Shown here: piece after piece, positions 31,004 to 40,195 of the stretch | Numbering within the stretch: the first letter of the stretch is position 1 | Layout: every line of letters starts with the position of its first letter | Assembly: GCA_964398035.1 (NCBI GenBank) | Contig: CAYNLI010000001.1 | Coordinates: 8,785-72,784, forward strand | Reading direction: 5' to 3' | Source of the DNA: an uncultured Flavobacteriaceae bacterium | GTDB lineage: Bacteria > Bacteroidota > Bacteroidia > Flavobacteriales > Flavobacteriaceae | Length of the DNA stretch: 64,000 nucleotides | Translations under genes and position numbers: made by a program | The notes under the pieces: generated by a model | Databases searched by the model: none | What the model saw: the letters and a program-made list of their open reading frames with translations, nothing else | Told to the model about the DNA's origin: nothing

Positions 31004-31150
31004 ATTTTCTACGCAACCTTTTGAACATTTACAGACTACTAATAAAACACAGCAATACCAACAAAAAAAATTCAAATATATCCATATACCAATGTATCTT
31101 TTTATAATAGCTCACAAATACATCCACAATAGATAATGACTTAAACAACA

Positions 31151-31255
31151 ATAAAAAATCCTCTACCCTTAAAATTGGTTATGGTGTTTACTTAATCTTC
31201 AGCGCAAACAAAAAAATGGGGTATTAGAATAGGAGCGGGCTTAAATAATTTTTAC
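31151..31255 (+). pseudogene. Decayed 5' remnant of a secreted/outer-membrane beta-barrel protein gene
   Basis: Reads (ATA)KNPLPLKLVMVFT*SSAQTKKWGIRIGAGLNNF: signal-peptide-like with A-Q cleavage, then a barrel-like first strand; ATA in place of ATG and an internal TAA. Confidence 0.4.
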
Positions 31256-31407
31256 AAAAGCACATTCAATGTCCTAATTTACCCAAACAAAACAATTCCC
31301 CGTTTTTATTCACTTTGCAAACGGGAACACAACTTAAACTATAAAGCACTCTTTCACAGGTAAATAATAACTGTTTAACCAAAAAAAAAGAAATTTAGGC
31401 ACCCTTT

Positions 31408-31435
31408 TGTAACATTTTTAGTTTTTCTACGTATA
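31408..31435 (+). promoter_or_regulatory. ECF-sigma-type promoter upstream of rpoD (TGTAAC-N16-CGTATA)
   Basis: AAC -35 and CGT -10 cores with ECF spacing, ~40 nt before rpoD ATG. Confidence 0.45.
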
Positions 31436-31475
31436 AGTATATGCAGTCTATGCAATTTGAACTTAATTTATTTAA

Positions 31476-32339
31476 ATGAGACAGCTTAAGATTACAAAAC
31501 AGGTTACCAATAGGGAAACCGCATCTTTGGATAAGTATTTGCAAGAAATTGGCAAAGTGGATCTTATTACCGCAGAAGAAGAAGTAGAATTGGCACAACG
31601 TATCAAGGCAGGCGATCAACTCGCTCTTGAAGAACTCACAAAAGCCAATCTAAGATTCGTGGTATCCGTAGCTAAGCAATACCAAAACCAAGGGCTTACT
31701 TTACCGGATTTAATTAACGAGGGAAACCTTGGACTGATTAAAGCTGCACAACGTTTTGACGAAACAAGGGGATTTAAATTTATCTCTTACGCTGTATGGT
31801 GGATTCGTCAATCCATATTACAAGCATTGGCAGAACAATCACGTATTGTTCGTTTGCCATTGAACAAAATTGGTTCTATTAACAAAATCAATAAAACCTT
31901 TGCGTTTTTAGAACAAGCTCATGAACGTATGCCATCACCAGAGGAAATTGCCAAGGAATTGGATATGACTGTGGATGATGTAAAGCAATCTTTGAAAAAC
32001 TCAGGGCGCCATGTATCTATGGATGCTCCTTTGATTGATGGGGAAAATTCTAACCTATACGATGTTTTACGTAGCGGTGAGTCTCCAAATCCAGATAGAG
32101 AATTGTTGCATGAGTCATTAAGAACTGAAATAGAAAGAGCTTTGGAAACATTGACTCCTAGAGAAGCAGATGTTATTCGTTTGTATTTTGGTCTAGCAGG
32201 GCAACATTCTATGACCTTGGAAGAAATTGGTGAAACTTTTGAGCTTACAAGAGAAAGAGTTCGCCAAATAAAAGAAAAGGCCATTAGAAGGTTAAAGCAT
32301 ACTTCTAGAAGTAAAATATTAAAGACCTATTTGGGATAA
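31476..32339 (+). CDS. rpoD: Primary sigma70 factor (short Bacteroidota type lacking region 1.1)
   Basis: [48 protein letters not shown]; 287 aa. Confidence 0.93.
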   Translation: MRQLKITKQVTNRETASLDKYLQEIGKVDLITAEEEVELAQRIKAGDQLALEELTKANLRFVVSVAKQYQNQGLTLPDLINEGNLGLIKAAQRFDETRGFKFISYAVWWIRQSILQALAEQSRIVRLPLNKIGSINKINKTFAFLEQAHERMPSPEEIAKELDMTVDDVKQSLKNSGRHVSMDAPLIDGENSNLYDVLRSGESPNPDRELLHESLRTEIERALETLTPREADVIRLYFGLAGQHSMTLEEIGETFELTRERVRQIKEKAIRRLKHTSRSKILKTYLG

Positions 32340-32380
32340 TCCCAAACACAGATTACAGTTAAATCTCCTGTATTGGAAAT

Positions 32381-32396
32381 TTGGTATAAAAATTGT
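32381..32396 (+). promoter_or_regulatory. Putative sigma54 (-24/-12) promoter TTGGTATAAAAATTGT
   Basis: TGG-N8-TTG geometry as in consensus TGGCACG-N4-TTGC; -12 is GT rather than GC. Confidence 0.4.
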
Positions 32397-32408
32397 AATT
32401 TGTGAACT

Positions 32409-32479
32409 GTAACAACAGTTTATCATGACTGTTCGTTTTTTGATTGATGAATAAACTCCGGCTGATTACCGGAGTTTTT
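32409..32479 (+). ncRNA. Candidate small RNA in the rpoD-rpe spacer
   Basis: 5' hairpin AACAGTT/GACTGTT (32414-32433), unpaired U-rich segment (32434-32452), terminator AAACTCCGG/CCGGAGTTT-TT (32453-32479). Confidence 0.45.
32453..32479 (+). terminator. Intrinsic terminator downstream of rpoD / candidate sRNA
   Basis: AAACTCCGG-ctgatta-CCGGAGTTTTT. Confidence 0.8.
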
Positions 32480-32540
32480 CATTTATAATAACCACATCAT
32501 TTCACTACTTTTGTAATAGCAACAAGTTTAGTTCTACAAA

Positions 32541-33200
32541 ATGAGTAAAAAAATAATTGCACCCTCACTTTTAGCGGCAGATTTTGCCAACTTACAACGA
32601 GACATAGAAATGATAAACCAAAGTGAAGCAGATTGGTTTCATTTGGATATTATGGATGGTGTTTATGTCCCCAATATATCTTTTGGCATGCCAGTAGTGA
32701 AAGCTATTGCAAAACATGCAAAAAAAATACTGGATGTACATTTAATGATTGTAGATCCAGACCGTTATATAAATACTTTCGCCGAATTAGGAACTAACAA
32801 CCTAACGGTCCATTATGAGACTTGCACCCATCTACATAGAACATTGCAAGCCATAAAAGATGCTGGCATGAAAGCTGGCGTTGCTTTAAACCCACACACT
32901 AACATTGATTTATTGGAAGACACCATAAATGATATAGACTTAGTTTGTATTATGAGTGTGAATCCAGGTTTTGGCGGACAATCCTTTATTAAAAACACCT
33001 ATGATAAGGTCAAAGATTTAAAAGCCTTGATAACAACTAAAAAAGCCAACACTTTAATTGAGATTGATGGTGGAGTAACTTCAAAAAATGCCAAAGCTTT
33101 AATTGATGCTGGTGCAGATGTGTTGGTTGCTGGTAGTTTTATTTTTAAAAGTGAGAACCCACCAAAGACAATTATTGAACTTAAAAATATAATTGCTTAA
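32541..33200 (+). CDS. rpe: Ribulose-phosphate 3-epimerase
   Basis: APSLLAADF, HLDIMDG, DVHLM, MSVNPGFGGQ, IDGGV; own TACTTTTG at 32506. Confidence 0.96.
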   Translation: MSKKIIAPSLLAADFANLQRDIEMINQSEADWFHLDIMDGVYVPNISFGMPVVKAIAKHAKKILDVHLMIVDPDRYINTFAELGTNNLTVHYETCTHLHRTLQAIKDAGMKAGVALNPHTNIDLLEDTINDIDLVCIMSVNPGFGGQSFIKNTYDKVKDLKALITTKKANTLIEIDGGVTSKNAKALIDAGADVLVAGSFIFKSENPPKTIIELKNIIA

Positions 33201-34171
33201 TGGAACATTTTGATGTTGTTATCATTGGAGGAGGCCCAATAGGTATAGCCTGCGGACTTGAAGCAAAAAAAAAGGGAGTAACATACATTATTCTTGAAAA
33301 AGGACCCATTGTAAACTCTTTGTTCAACTACCCTGCAAACATGCAATTCTTTTCTTCCTCAGAACGGTTAGAAATAGATAATGTTCCCTTTATAAGTAAA
33401 GAAGCAAAGCCTAAAAGAAGTGAAGCATTAGAATATTACAGAAGAATTGCCGTATCCAATAAACTCAATATTAATTTATTTGAAAAAGTGGCATCAGTAA
33501 AAAAAGAAGGTGATGTTTTTTCTGTTATTTCTGATAAAGGCAAGTATACTACCCAAAATGTAATTGTAGCCACTGGGTTTTATGATATACCAAACCTTTT
33601 AAACGTTCCAGGGGAGGATTTACCAAAAGTATCCCATTACTATAATGACCCACATTATTATGCTGGTCAAAAATTAGCCGTTATAGGAGCCAGTAACTCT
33701 TCTGTAGATGCCGCTTTGGAATGCTGGCGAAAGGGCTCTGACGTAACCTTGATCATACGTGGTTCAGAAGTTGGCCAACGTGTAAAGTATTGGGTAAGAC
33801 CAGATATTATCAATAGAATTGAAGAAGGCAGTATAAACGTTTATTACAACACTACTATTAAGGAAATAAAAGATGATGAGATATTGGTAAACACCCCTAA
33901 AGGTGTTGTATCCATTGAAAATAATTTTGTTTTGGCATTAACTGGCTATATGCCCAATTTTGAGTTTTTGGAAAACATGGGAGTAGAATTGTCCAAAGAT
34001 GACAAAAGGCTTCCCAAATACAATGAAAACACCATGGAGACCAATGTAGAAGGACTTTATTTAGCCGGAGTAATTTGCGGTGGCATGGAAACCCACAAAT
34101 GGTTTATAGAGAATTCTAGAATACATGCTCCATTGATTATAACTGCTATTTTAGCAAAAAAGAGAGCGTAA
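33200..34171 (+). CDS. ypdA: YpdA-family putative bacillithiol disulfide reductase
   Basis: GGGPIG, FFSSSERLEI, EALEYYRR, ATGFYD, KYWVRPDI.NRI, FIENSR.H. Confidence 0.85.
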   Translation: MEHFDVVIIGGGPIGIACGLEAKKKGVTYIILEKGPIVNSLFNYPANMQFFSSSERLEIDNVPFISKEAKPKRSEALEYYRRIAVSNKLNINLFEKVASVKKEGDVFSVISDKGKYTTQNVIVATGFYDIPNLLNVPGEDLPKVSHYYNDPHYYAGQKLAVIGASNSSVDAALECWRKGSDVTLIIRGSEVGQRVKYWVRPDIINRIEEGSINVYYNTTIKEIKDDEILVNTPKGVVSIENNFVLALTGYMPNFEFLENMGVELSKDDKRLPKYNENTMETNVEGLYLAGVICGGMETHKWFIENSRIHAPLIITAILAKKRA

Positions 34172-34204
34172 AAAAGGCTCTACAAAAGCAGAGCCAGTAA
34201 CTTG

Positions 34205-34278
34205 TGACCGCGAAGGGATTCGAACCCCCAACCCTCAGAGCCGAAATCTGATATTCTATCCAGTTGAACTACGCAGCC
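34205..34278 (-). tRNA. tRNA-Arg (anticodon UCG)
   Basis: GGCTGCGTAGTTCAACTGGATAGAATATCAGATTTCGGCTCTGAGGGTTGGGGGTTCGAATCCCTTCGCGGTCA; cloverleaf with TCAGA/TCTGA anticodon stem; CCA not encoded. Confidence 0.95.
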
Positions 34279-34289
34279 ATAATTTATAT

Positions 34290-34739
34290 TTAAGAAAGTT
34301 TTGCTTTAACAATAGTGGAAATGGTTTTGCCATCTGCTTGACCAGCCAATTCTTTGGAAACCATACCCATTACCTTGCCCATATCTTTCATTCCTGAAGC
34401 ACCTACGGCATCAATGGTCTGCACCACAACTTTTTCTATTTCTTCTTCAGTTAATTGTTCAGGCAAAAACTTTTCTATTATTGCTACCTGTGCCAATTCA
34501 GGCTCAGCTAAATCTTCTCTACCCTGCTCCATAAAAATAGCTGCGCTATCTTTTCTTTGCTTCACTAACTTTTGAACCAATGCTATTTCATCATCTTCAG
34601 ACAAGCCTTCACCTGCCCCACTTTCTGTTTGCGCCATCAATAAAGCAGATTTAATTGCTCTAAGCGATTCTAAAGCAACTTTATCCTTGGCCCTCATAGC
34701 GGCTTTCATCTCTTCCATTACTTGTTGCTGCAAACTCAT
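34290..34739 (-). CDS. GatB/YqeY domain protein
   Basis: MKAAMRAKD, LRAIKSA, KQRKDS, KDMGKVMG, ADGK; ATG 34739 lies downstream of TATCTTCG. Confidence 0.92.
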   Translation of the reverse strand: MSLQQQVMEEMKAAMRAKDKVALESLRAIKSALLMAQTESGAGEGLSEDDEIALVQKLVKQRKDSAAIFMEQGREDLAEPELAQVAIIEKFLPEQLTEEEIEKVVVQTIDAVGASGMKDMGKVMGMVSKELAGQADGKTISTIVKAKLS

Positions 34740-34767
34740 AATCTTTGTTTTTTTACGGCACGAAGAT

Positions 34768-34805
34768 AAAAAAATAAACCCGAAAATTGGTTCAATTTTC
34801 GGGTT
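34768..34805 (-). terminator. Terminator after ftsZ
   Basis: AACCCGAAAATTG-gtt-CAATTTTCGGGTT with an A-tract on the left (U-tract on minus). Confidence 0.75.
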
Positions 34806-34840
34806 AAACAATTAATTGATATGTTTATTTATATGGACAG

Positions 34841-36760
34841 TTAATCCACATTATCATGTAAAAAAGAGTTGTTAGAACGCAATTGTATTTCATCATTGCT
34901 ATCTTCACTTAAGGTTGTCCTAGAAACTCTATTTTCATTAGGCTTGTCATTAAGGTTTACACCTTGACGTCTATAAGCTGGCTCTTTTTCTATTTCATCA
35001 ACATTATTTAAGCTATTTTGAAATTTGTAGTTAAAATCTTTTAACTTTCTTCTTCTTTCATCCGCTCTATTCTTAAGAATATCTTCTATAGAACTATTCA
35101 TAGGATCAGTATCCCTTCCTCCAAGACTTGCTTCTACCTTGTTCTCTTCTTGTTTCAATGTGATTTTTTCAAAAACCAGCTCTTCTTCAACAATTTTTGG
35201 TATAAAGTTTTCTGCTTTGGATTTGGCACCTGTTAATTTCTCCTCCAACTCCATATAGTCATCCAAGCTATAGCGAGTTTCCCCATTCTTATTATATTCT
35301 AAAACTGGAATCACTTCTATATGGTCATTAACGTCCATATCATTTACTTCATCAGTCAAATCAAAAGTGATAACATGTTTTTTATCTTCTTCCTCAACAT
35401 CAACACTATCAGACAAAGGCATATCAAAACTTAAAGCTGTCTGATCTTCTTCAACTTCAGATAATAATTCTACTGGGTCAACAACCTCGATATCATTTAT
35501 AAGCTCTTTAGCTTCTATAATAACAAAATCATCTTCTGAAACATTTTCTGCGACCACTTCTTCATAAAAAACATTGAAATTCTTAATGTAATTTGTTGTA
35601 GATATTAAATCATCTTCCAATTCCACATCAATCAATGTATGCTTAATGATAGTCTCTGGAAGCTCTTCATCTAACACTACTGTTTTTTCTTCCGTAATGA
35701 CTTGTTCGGCTTTTTGTTCTTCTTCTAACGTATGGACAATTTTTTTTGTTTCTGTATTTACAATATCATCTTGTTGGTCCATATCAAAACCCGTGGCAAT
35801 TACTGTTACAGCTATTGCTTCTCCCAAAGTTTCATCCTCACCAACACCCATAATAATATTGGCTTCAAAACCTGCCTCATTTTGGATATAATCGTTTATT
35901 TCTCCAATTTCATCTATAGTAATTTCTTGTACCCCAGAAACAATGAGTAACAATACATTTTTAGCTCCCTCTATTTTATTATCGTTCAATAATGGAGAAT
36001 CCAACGCTTTTGTAATTGCTTCATTTGCTCTTGAAGAACCTGAAGCCGTAGACGATCCCATAATGGCCGTTCCACTATTTGAGAGTACCGTCTTGGCATC
36101 ACGTAAATCAATGTTCTGAGTATAGTGATGTGTAATTACCTCTGCAATACCACGTGCAGCAGTGGCTAAAACTTCATCTGCTTTAGAAAAGCCAGCTTTA
36201 AAGCCCAAATTACCATAGACATCTCTTAGTTTGTTATTATTGATAACAATTAAAGAGTCAACATTTGAGCGCAACTTTTCTATTCCTTTATGAGCCTGTT
36301 TGCATCTCATTTTTCCCTCAAACTGAAATGGCATGGTTACGATCCCAACCGTTAAAATATCCATTTCTCTAGCTTGCTTTGCAATGATAGGAGCAGCACC
36401 AGTTCCAGTTCCACCACCCATACCAGCCGTAATAAACACCATTTTGGTATTATGTCCCAACATGTTTTTAAGGTCTTCCATGCTTTCAATAGCCGCCTCT
36501 TTTCCTACCTCAGGGTTTGCACCAGCACCCAACCCCTCAGTTAATGAAACACCTAATTGAATCTTTACAGGCACTGAACTATTGTCCAATGCTTGGGAAT
36601 CGGTATTACATATCACAAAATCCACTCCATTGATTCCAGATTGGAACATATGGTTAATGGCATTGCTTCCGCCGCCGCCAACGCCAATTACCTTAATTAC
36701 ATTGCTTTGATTTTTAGGTAAATCAAAAGAGATATTGTCAAATTCGGTGTTATTGCTCAT
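34841..36760 (-). CDS. ftsZ: Cell division protein FtsZ with long acidic linker
   Basis: GVGGGGSNA, GAGANP, GMGGGTGTG; C-terminal EPAYRR..NNSFLHDNVD. Confidence 0.97.
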   Translation of the reverse strand: MSNNTEFDNISFDLPKNQSNVIKVIGVGGGGSNAINHMFQSGINGVDFVICNTDSQALDNSSVPVKIQLGVSLTEGLGAGANPEVGKEAAIESMEDLKNMLGHNTKMVFITAGMGGGTGTGAAPIIAKQAREMDILTVGIVTMPFQFEGKMRCKQAHKGIEKLRSNVDSLIVINNNKLRDVYGNLGFKAGFSKADEVLATAARGIAEVITHHYTQNIDLRDAKTVLSNSGTAIMGSSTASGSSRANEAITKALDSPLLNDNKIEGAKNVLLLIVSGVQEITIDEIGEINDYIQNEAGFEANIIMGVGEDETLGEAIAVTVIATGFDMDQQDDIVNTETKKIVHTLEEEQKAEQVITEEKTVVLDEELPETIIKHTLIDVELEDDLISTTNYIKNFNVFYEEVVAENVSEDDFVIIEAKELINDIEVVDPVELLSEVEEDQTALSFDMPLSDSVDVEEEDKKHVITFDLTDEVNDMDVNDHIEVIPVLEYNKNGETRYSLDDYMELEEKLTGAKSKAENFIPKIVEEELVFEKITLKQEENKVEASLGGRDTDPMNSSIEDILKNRADERRRKLKDFNYKFQNSLNNVDEIEKEPAYRRQGVNLNDKPNENRVSRTTLSEDSNDEIQLRSNNSFLHDNVD

Positions 36761-36805
36761 GCTTTTTATGTTACTGGTTGTTTTATTTTTCTTGAATGAT
36801 TTTAC

Positions 36806-38125
36806 TTACTCGGCGTTATCCAAAAAGTCCTTCAACTTTTCAGACCATTTATCGAAAACAGATTTTCGTTCTCTTTTGACCACTCCTGTGGTAGCCGTTT
36901 CCATGTGCTCACCATACATATTATCTTCCAGCTCATTATGCTCCACTTCTGCTTCGTTCTTATCCTTATTTTCTATTGCGTTCATTAATAACCCTACAGC
37001 TGTAGCATATAATGGACTTGCTATTTCTTCATCAGAATCACCTGCCAAATGTTCATTGGGAAACCCAATCCTTGTATCCATTCCTGTGATATACTCCACC
37101 AATTGTTTTAGATGTTTTAATTGGCTTCCACCACCTGTAAGAACTATACCTGCAATCAGTTTTTTCTTTTGATCATCATGCCCGTAGTTCTTTATTTCTA
37201 CATATACCTGCTCTACAATCTCTACTACTCTAGCATGGATTATTTTTGAAAGGTTTTTTAATGTAATTTCCTTAGGCTCTCTTCCCCTTAGACCCGGGAT
37301 AGACACTATTTCATTATCCTTATTTTCTCCTGGCCATGCAGAACCGAACTTTATTTTTAAAAGCTCAGCTTGCTTTTCTATAATAGAACACCCTTCCTTA
37401 ATATCTTCTGTAATTACATTACCTCCGAAAGGTATTACTGCTGTGTGCCGTATGATGCCATCTTTAAAAATAGCCACATCCGTTGTACCACCCCCTATGT
37501 CAATTAAAGCAACACCTGCTTCTTTTTCTTCTTGACTCAATACTGCATCTGAAGATGCCAAAGGTTCCAAAGTAATGTTCCCTAAATCCAATCCTGCACT
37601 TTTAATACAGCGACCTATATTTTTAATAGATGAAACCTGACCGACAACTACATGAAAATTAGCTTCCAATCTGCCACCATACATCCCCATGGGTTCTTTT
37701 ATCTCTGCTTGCCCATCTACCTTATATTCTTGTGGCAACACATGGATAATTTCTTCACCAGGCAACATTATTAATTTGTATACCTGATCACATAACTTAT
37801 CCAAATCCACTTCATTGATAACTTCCTCTGAATTGATTCTGGTTATATAATCACTATGTTGCAAACTTCTTATATGCTGACCAGCAATCCCTACCACTAC
37901 AGAACCAATCTTTAATCCAGAATCTATCTCTGCTTGTTCAATTGCCTGTTGAATAGATTTTATGGTTTGAGTAATATTATTTACCACACCACGGTGGACA
38001 CCCAAACTTTTTGACCTACCAACACCTAGAACCTCAATCTTACCGTATTCATTTTCCTTACCGATAATGGCTACAATTTTTGTTGTCCCTATGTCTAACC
38101 CAACTGAATAATTATCCTGTTCCAT
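36806..38125 (-). CDS. ftsA: Cell division protein FtsA
   Basis: GLDIGTTK, DIGGGTTD, VLTGGG, YATAVGL. Confidence 0.96.
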   Translation of the reverse strand: MEQDNYSVGLDIGTTKIVAIIGKENEYGKIEVLGVGRSKSLGVHRGVVNNITQTIKSIQQAIEQAEIDSGLKIGSVVVGIAGQHIRSLQHSDYITRINSEEVINEVDLDKLCDQVYKLIMLPGEEIIHVLPQEYKVDGQAEIKEPMGMYGGRLEANFHVVVGQVSSIKNIGRCIKSAGLDLGNITLEPLASSDAVLSQEEKEAGVALIDIGGGTTDVAIFKDGIIRHTAVIPFGGNVITEDIKEGCSIIEKQAELLKIKFGSAWPGENKDNEIVSIPGLRGREPKEITLKNLSKIIHARVVEIVEQVYVEIKNYGHDDQKKKLIAGIVLTGGGSQLKHLKQLVEYITGMDTRIGFPNEHLAGDSDEEIASPLYATAVGLLMNAIENKDKNEAEVEHNELEDNMYGEHMETATTGVVKRERKSVFDKWSEKLKDFLDNAE

Positions 38126-38128
38126 AAT

Positions 38129-38848
38129 TTATATTTTGGTGCAAACTACCTGATTATTAAATTCTAAACTTACCATGTTATATTCTTCCAATGTTTTATC
38201 CCTAGTTGCTTTAGTGTAAAATGCTTTAAAATTGTTGAACTTTTCCTCTAAACCATCAACACCACCTATACTCACCACAAAATTTTCCATTCGGAATTTA
38301 AGCTGGTATTTTTCATCGTCCTCAACATGTATTCCTATTACATTTTTTCGCAAAAAATCATCATTATTTATATACTTTAATATTGCATATACATCCTCTA
38401 GACTTTTGCCTGTTATTTTTCCAGTAATTATGGGAACTCTAGCAGAATGATATTTGGATAACGGCATGCGTTTTCCTTCATCATCCACATAAAACTTTGT
38501 AATCCCTTCTATTCTTCCAATTGGTCGCCTCTGAATAATTTTAGACACAAGCTCACCATTTACAGTAAGATAAACTTGGGCACTTTTTACCATTTCATTG
38601 GTCTCTATGACCTTTTCGATAGTATTCAAAGCTAAATCTTCTTTGGACAAGTTTTTAAGGGTTCCATAATTTTGTATTAACAATTTATTAACCGATTCAT
38701 GTGTTAGGTATAAATTTTCATTTCCTGAAAATTCTATTTTTAACTCACTGATTATCCTACTATTACTTCTTTTCTCAGTAAAAGCATAAAGCCCTACCAC
38801 TATAAACAACAGTAGTGACACTTTAAAAATATTCCAGTTAAATTGCAT
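38129..38848 (-). CDS. ftsQ: Cell division protein FtsQ/DivIB
   Basis: Single TM, POTRA-like region, QRRPIGR, QVVC end; between murC and ftsA. Confidence 0.85.
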   Translation of the reverse strand: MQFNWNIFKVSLLLFIVVGLYAFTEKRSNSRIISELKIEFSGNENLYLTHESVNKLLIQNYGTLKNLSKEDLALNTIEKVIETNEMVKSAQVYLTVNGELVSKIIQRRPIGRIEGITKFYVDDEGKRMPLSKYHSARVPIITGKITGKSLEDVYAILKYINNDDFLRKNVIGIHVEDDEKYQLKFRMENFVVSIGGVDGLEEKFNNFKAFYTKATRDKTLEEYNMVSLEFNNQVVCTKI

Positions 38849-40190
38849 TTTCTAATTCTGTTTTTATATGTGATACTTCTAATCCTATATCGCCAGCTCC
38901 CATAGTGACCAACACTTCAGGGTTTTGCTTTTTTATTTCATCAATTAAATTCACTTTTAGAACTAATTTTTTGTTTGGGTTTTTAATTTTACCCAACAAC
39001 CATTCAGATGTTACCCCTTCTATAGGTTTCTCTCTTGCGGGATAAATATCCAACAACAATATGCTATCAAATTTCTCCAAGCTTAAAGCAAAATCTTCCA
39101 CAAAATCTCTTGTTCTAGAGAATAAGTGAGGTTGAAATATGACCAATACTTTTTTATTTGGATGCATTTCTGAAATGGCATCATAAATGGCGTTTATTTC
39201 TGTGGGATGATGCGCATAATCATCTATAAAAACAAAGCTATCTTCTTTGATTTTATACGAAAACCTACGCTGTACACCTTTAAAAGTTTCCAATGCTTCA
39301 GCAAGACTGCTCAAAGGAGAACCTGCTTCAATTGCCATTGCAAAAGCCACTAGTCCATTCAATAAATTATGCTTTCCAGGCTTGTTGAACCTAACTTTTT
39401 TAATGGTTGTTTCAGGAGTTTCCAAATCAAAAACATAGGCACCATGCTCTATTTTTAAATGTCGGATGCAATAATCCGAGTCATCTTCTATTCCATATGT
39501 TATTCCATCCAAAGGCAAGCCATTGCGCACAAAAAGTTTTCCGTTGGGCTTAATTTTATTTACAAAATCATTAAAAGATTTTTTTAACTCATCGGCAGTG
39601 CCGTAAACATCCAAATGATCCGCATCCATAGATGTTACGCATGCTACATTAGGAGCTAATCTTAAAAATGAACGATCAAACTCATCTGCCTCTACAACCG
39701 AATATTCATTCCCTTCAAACAAAAAATTACTATTAAAGTCTTCTGAAATTCCTCCCAGAAATGCAGTCAATGGTGCTCCTGTTTCTTTTAATAAATGTGC
39801 TAAAATACTAGAGGTAGTGGTTTTTCCATGTGTTCCAGCAACTGCAAAACAAAACGTATCCCTTGTAATGATTCCTAAAACCTCTGATCTTTTCTTAATA
39901 TTAAGACCATTTTTTAAAAAGAAAATAAGTTCTGTATGCTCACATGGAACAGCTGGAGTATATACAATTAGTGTATTCTCAGGGTTTTGATATTCTTTGG
40001 AAACTAATTCCATATCATCTTCATAATGAATGGAAATACCCATACCAACCAATTCCTCTGTCAACGGAGTTTTTGTCTTATCATAACCAGCAACATTCTT
40101 TTTAATAAACTTAAAATATTTGGCAAGAGCAGACATACCAATACCTCCTATACCAATAAAATAGACGTTATGTATATCTTTTAAGTTCAT
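38838..40190 (-). CDS. murC: UDP-N-acetylmuramate-L-alanine ligase
   Basis: GIGGIGMSALA, GTHGKTTT, EADEFD, DDYAHHPTE, FQPHLFSRT. Confidence 0.96.
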   Translation of the reverse strand: MNLKDIHNVYFIGIGGIGMSALAKYFKFIKKNVAGYDKTKTPLTEELVGMGISIHYEDDMELVSKEYQNPENTLIVYTPAVPCEHTELIFFLKNGLNIKKRSEVLGIITRDTFCFAVAGTHGKTTTSSILAHLLKETGAPLTAFLGGISEDFNSNFLFEGNEYSVVEADEFDRSFLRLAPNVACVTSMDADHLDVYGTADELKKSFNDFVNKIKPNGKLFVRNGLPLDGITYGIEDDSDYCIRHLKIEHGAYVFDLETPETTIKKVRFNKPGKHNLLNGLVAFAMAIEAGSPLSSLAEALETFKGVQRRFSYKIKEDSFVFIDDYAHHPTEINAIYDAISEMHPNKKVLVIFQPHLFSRTRDFVEDFALSLEKFDSILLLDIYPAREKPIEGVTSEWLLGKIKNPNKKLVLKVNLIDEIKKQNPEVLVTMGAGDIGLEVSHIKTELENAI

Positions 40191-40195
40191 TCTCC

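Noticed and set aside
32319..32426. Minus-strand 35-aa Cys-rich ORF (MINCCYSS...) preceded by an A-rich leader in the rpoD-rpe spacer
   Set aside because: Overlaps the rpoD 3' end antisense, has no recognisable promoter or family, and the terminator U-tract favours plus-strand transcription; kept only as an alternative to the sRNA model.
34172..34290. tRNA-Arg as an integration site
   Set aside because: No integrase, no duplicated tRNA 3' end, and the flanks are core genes.
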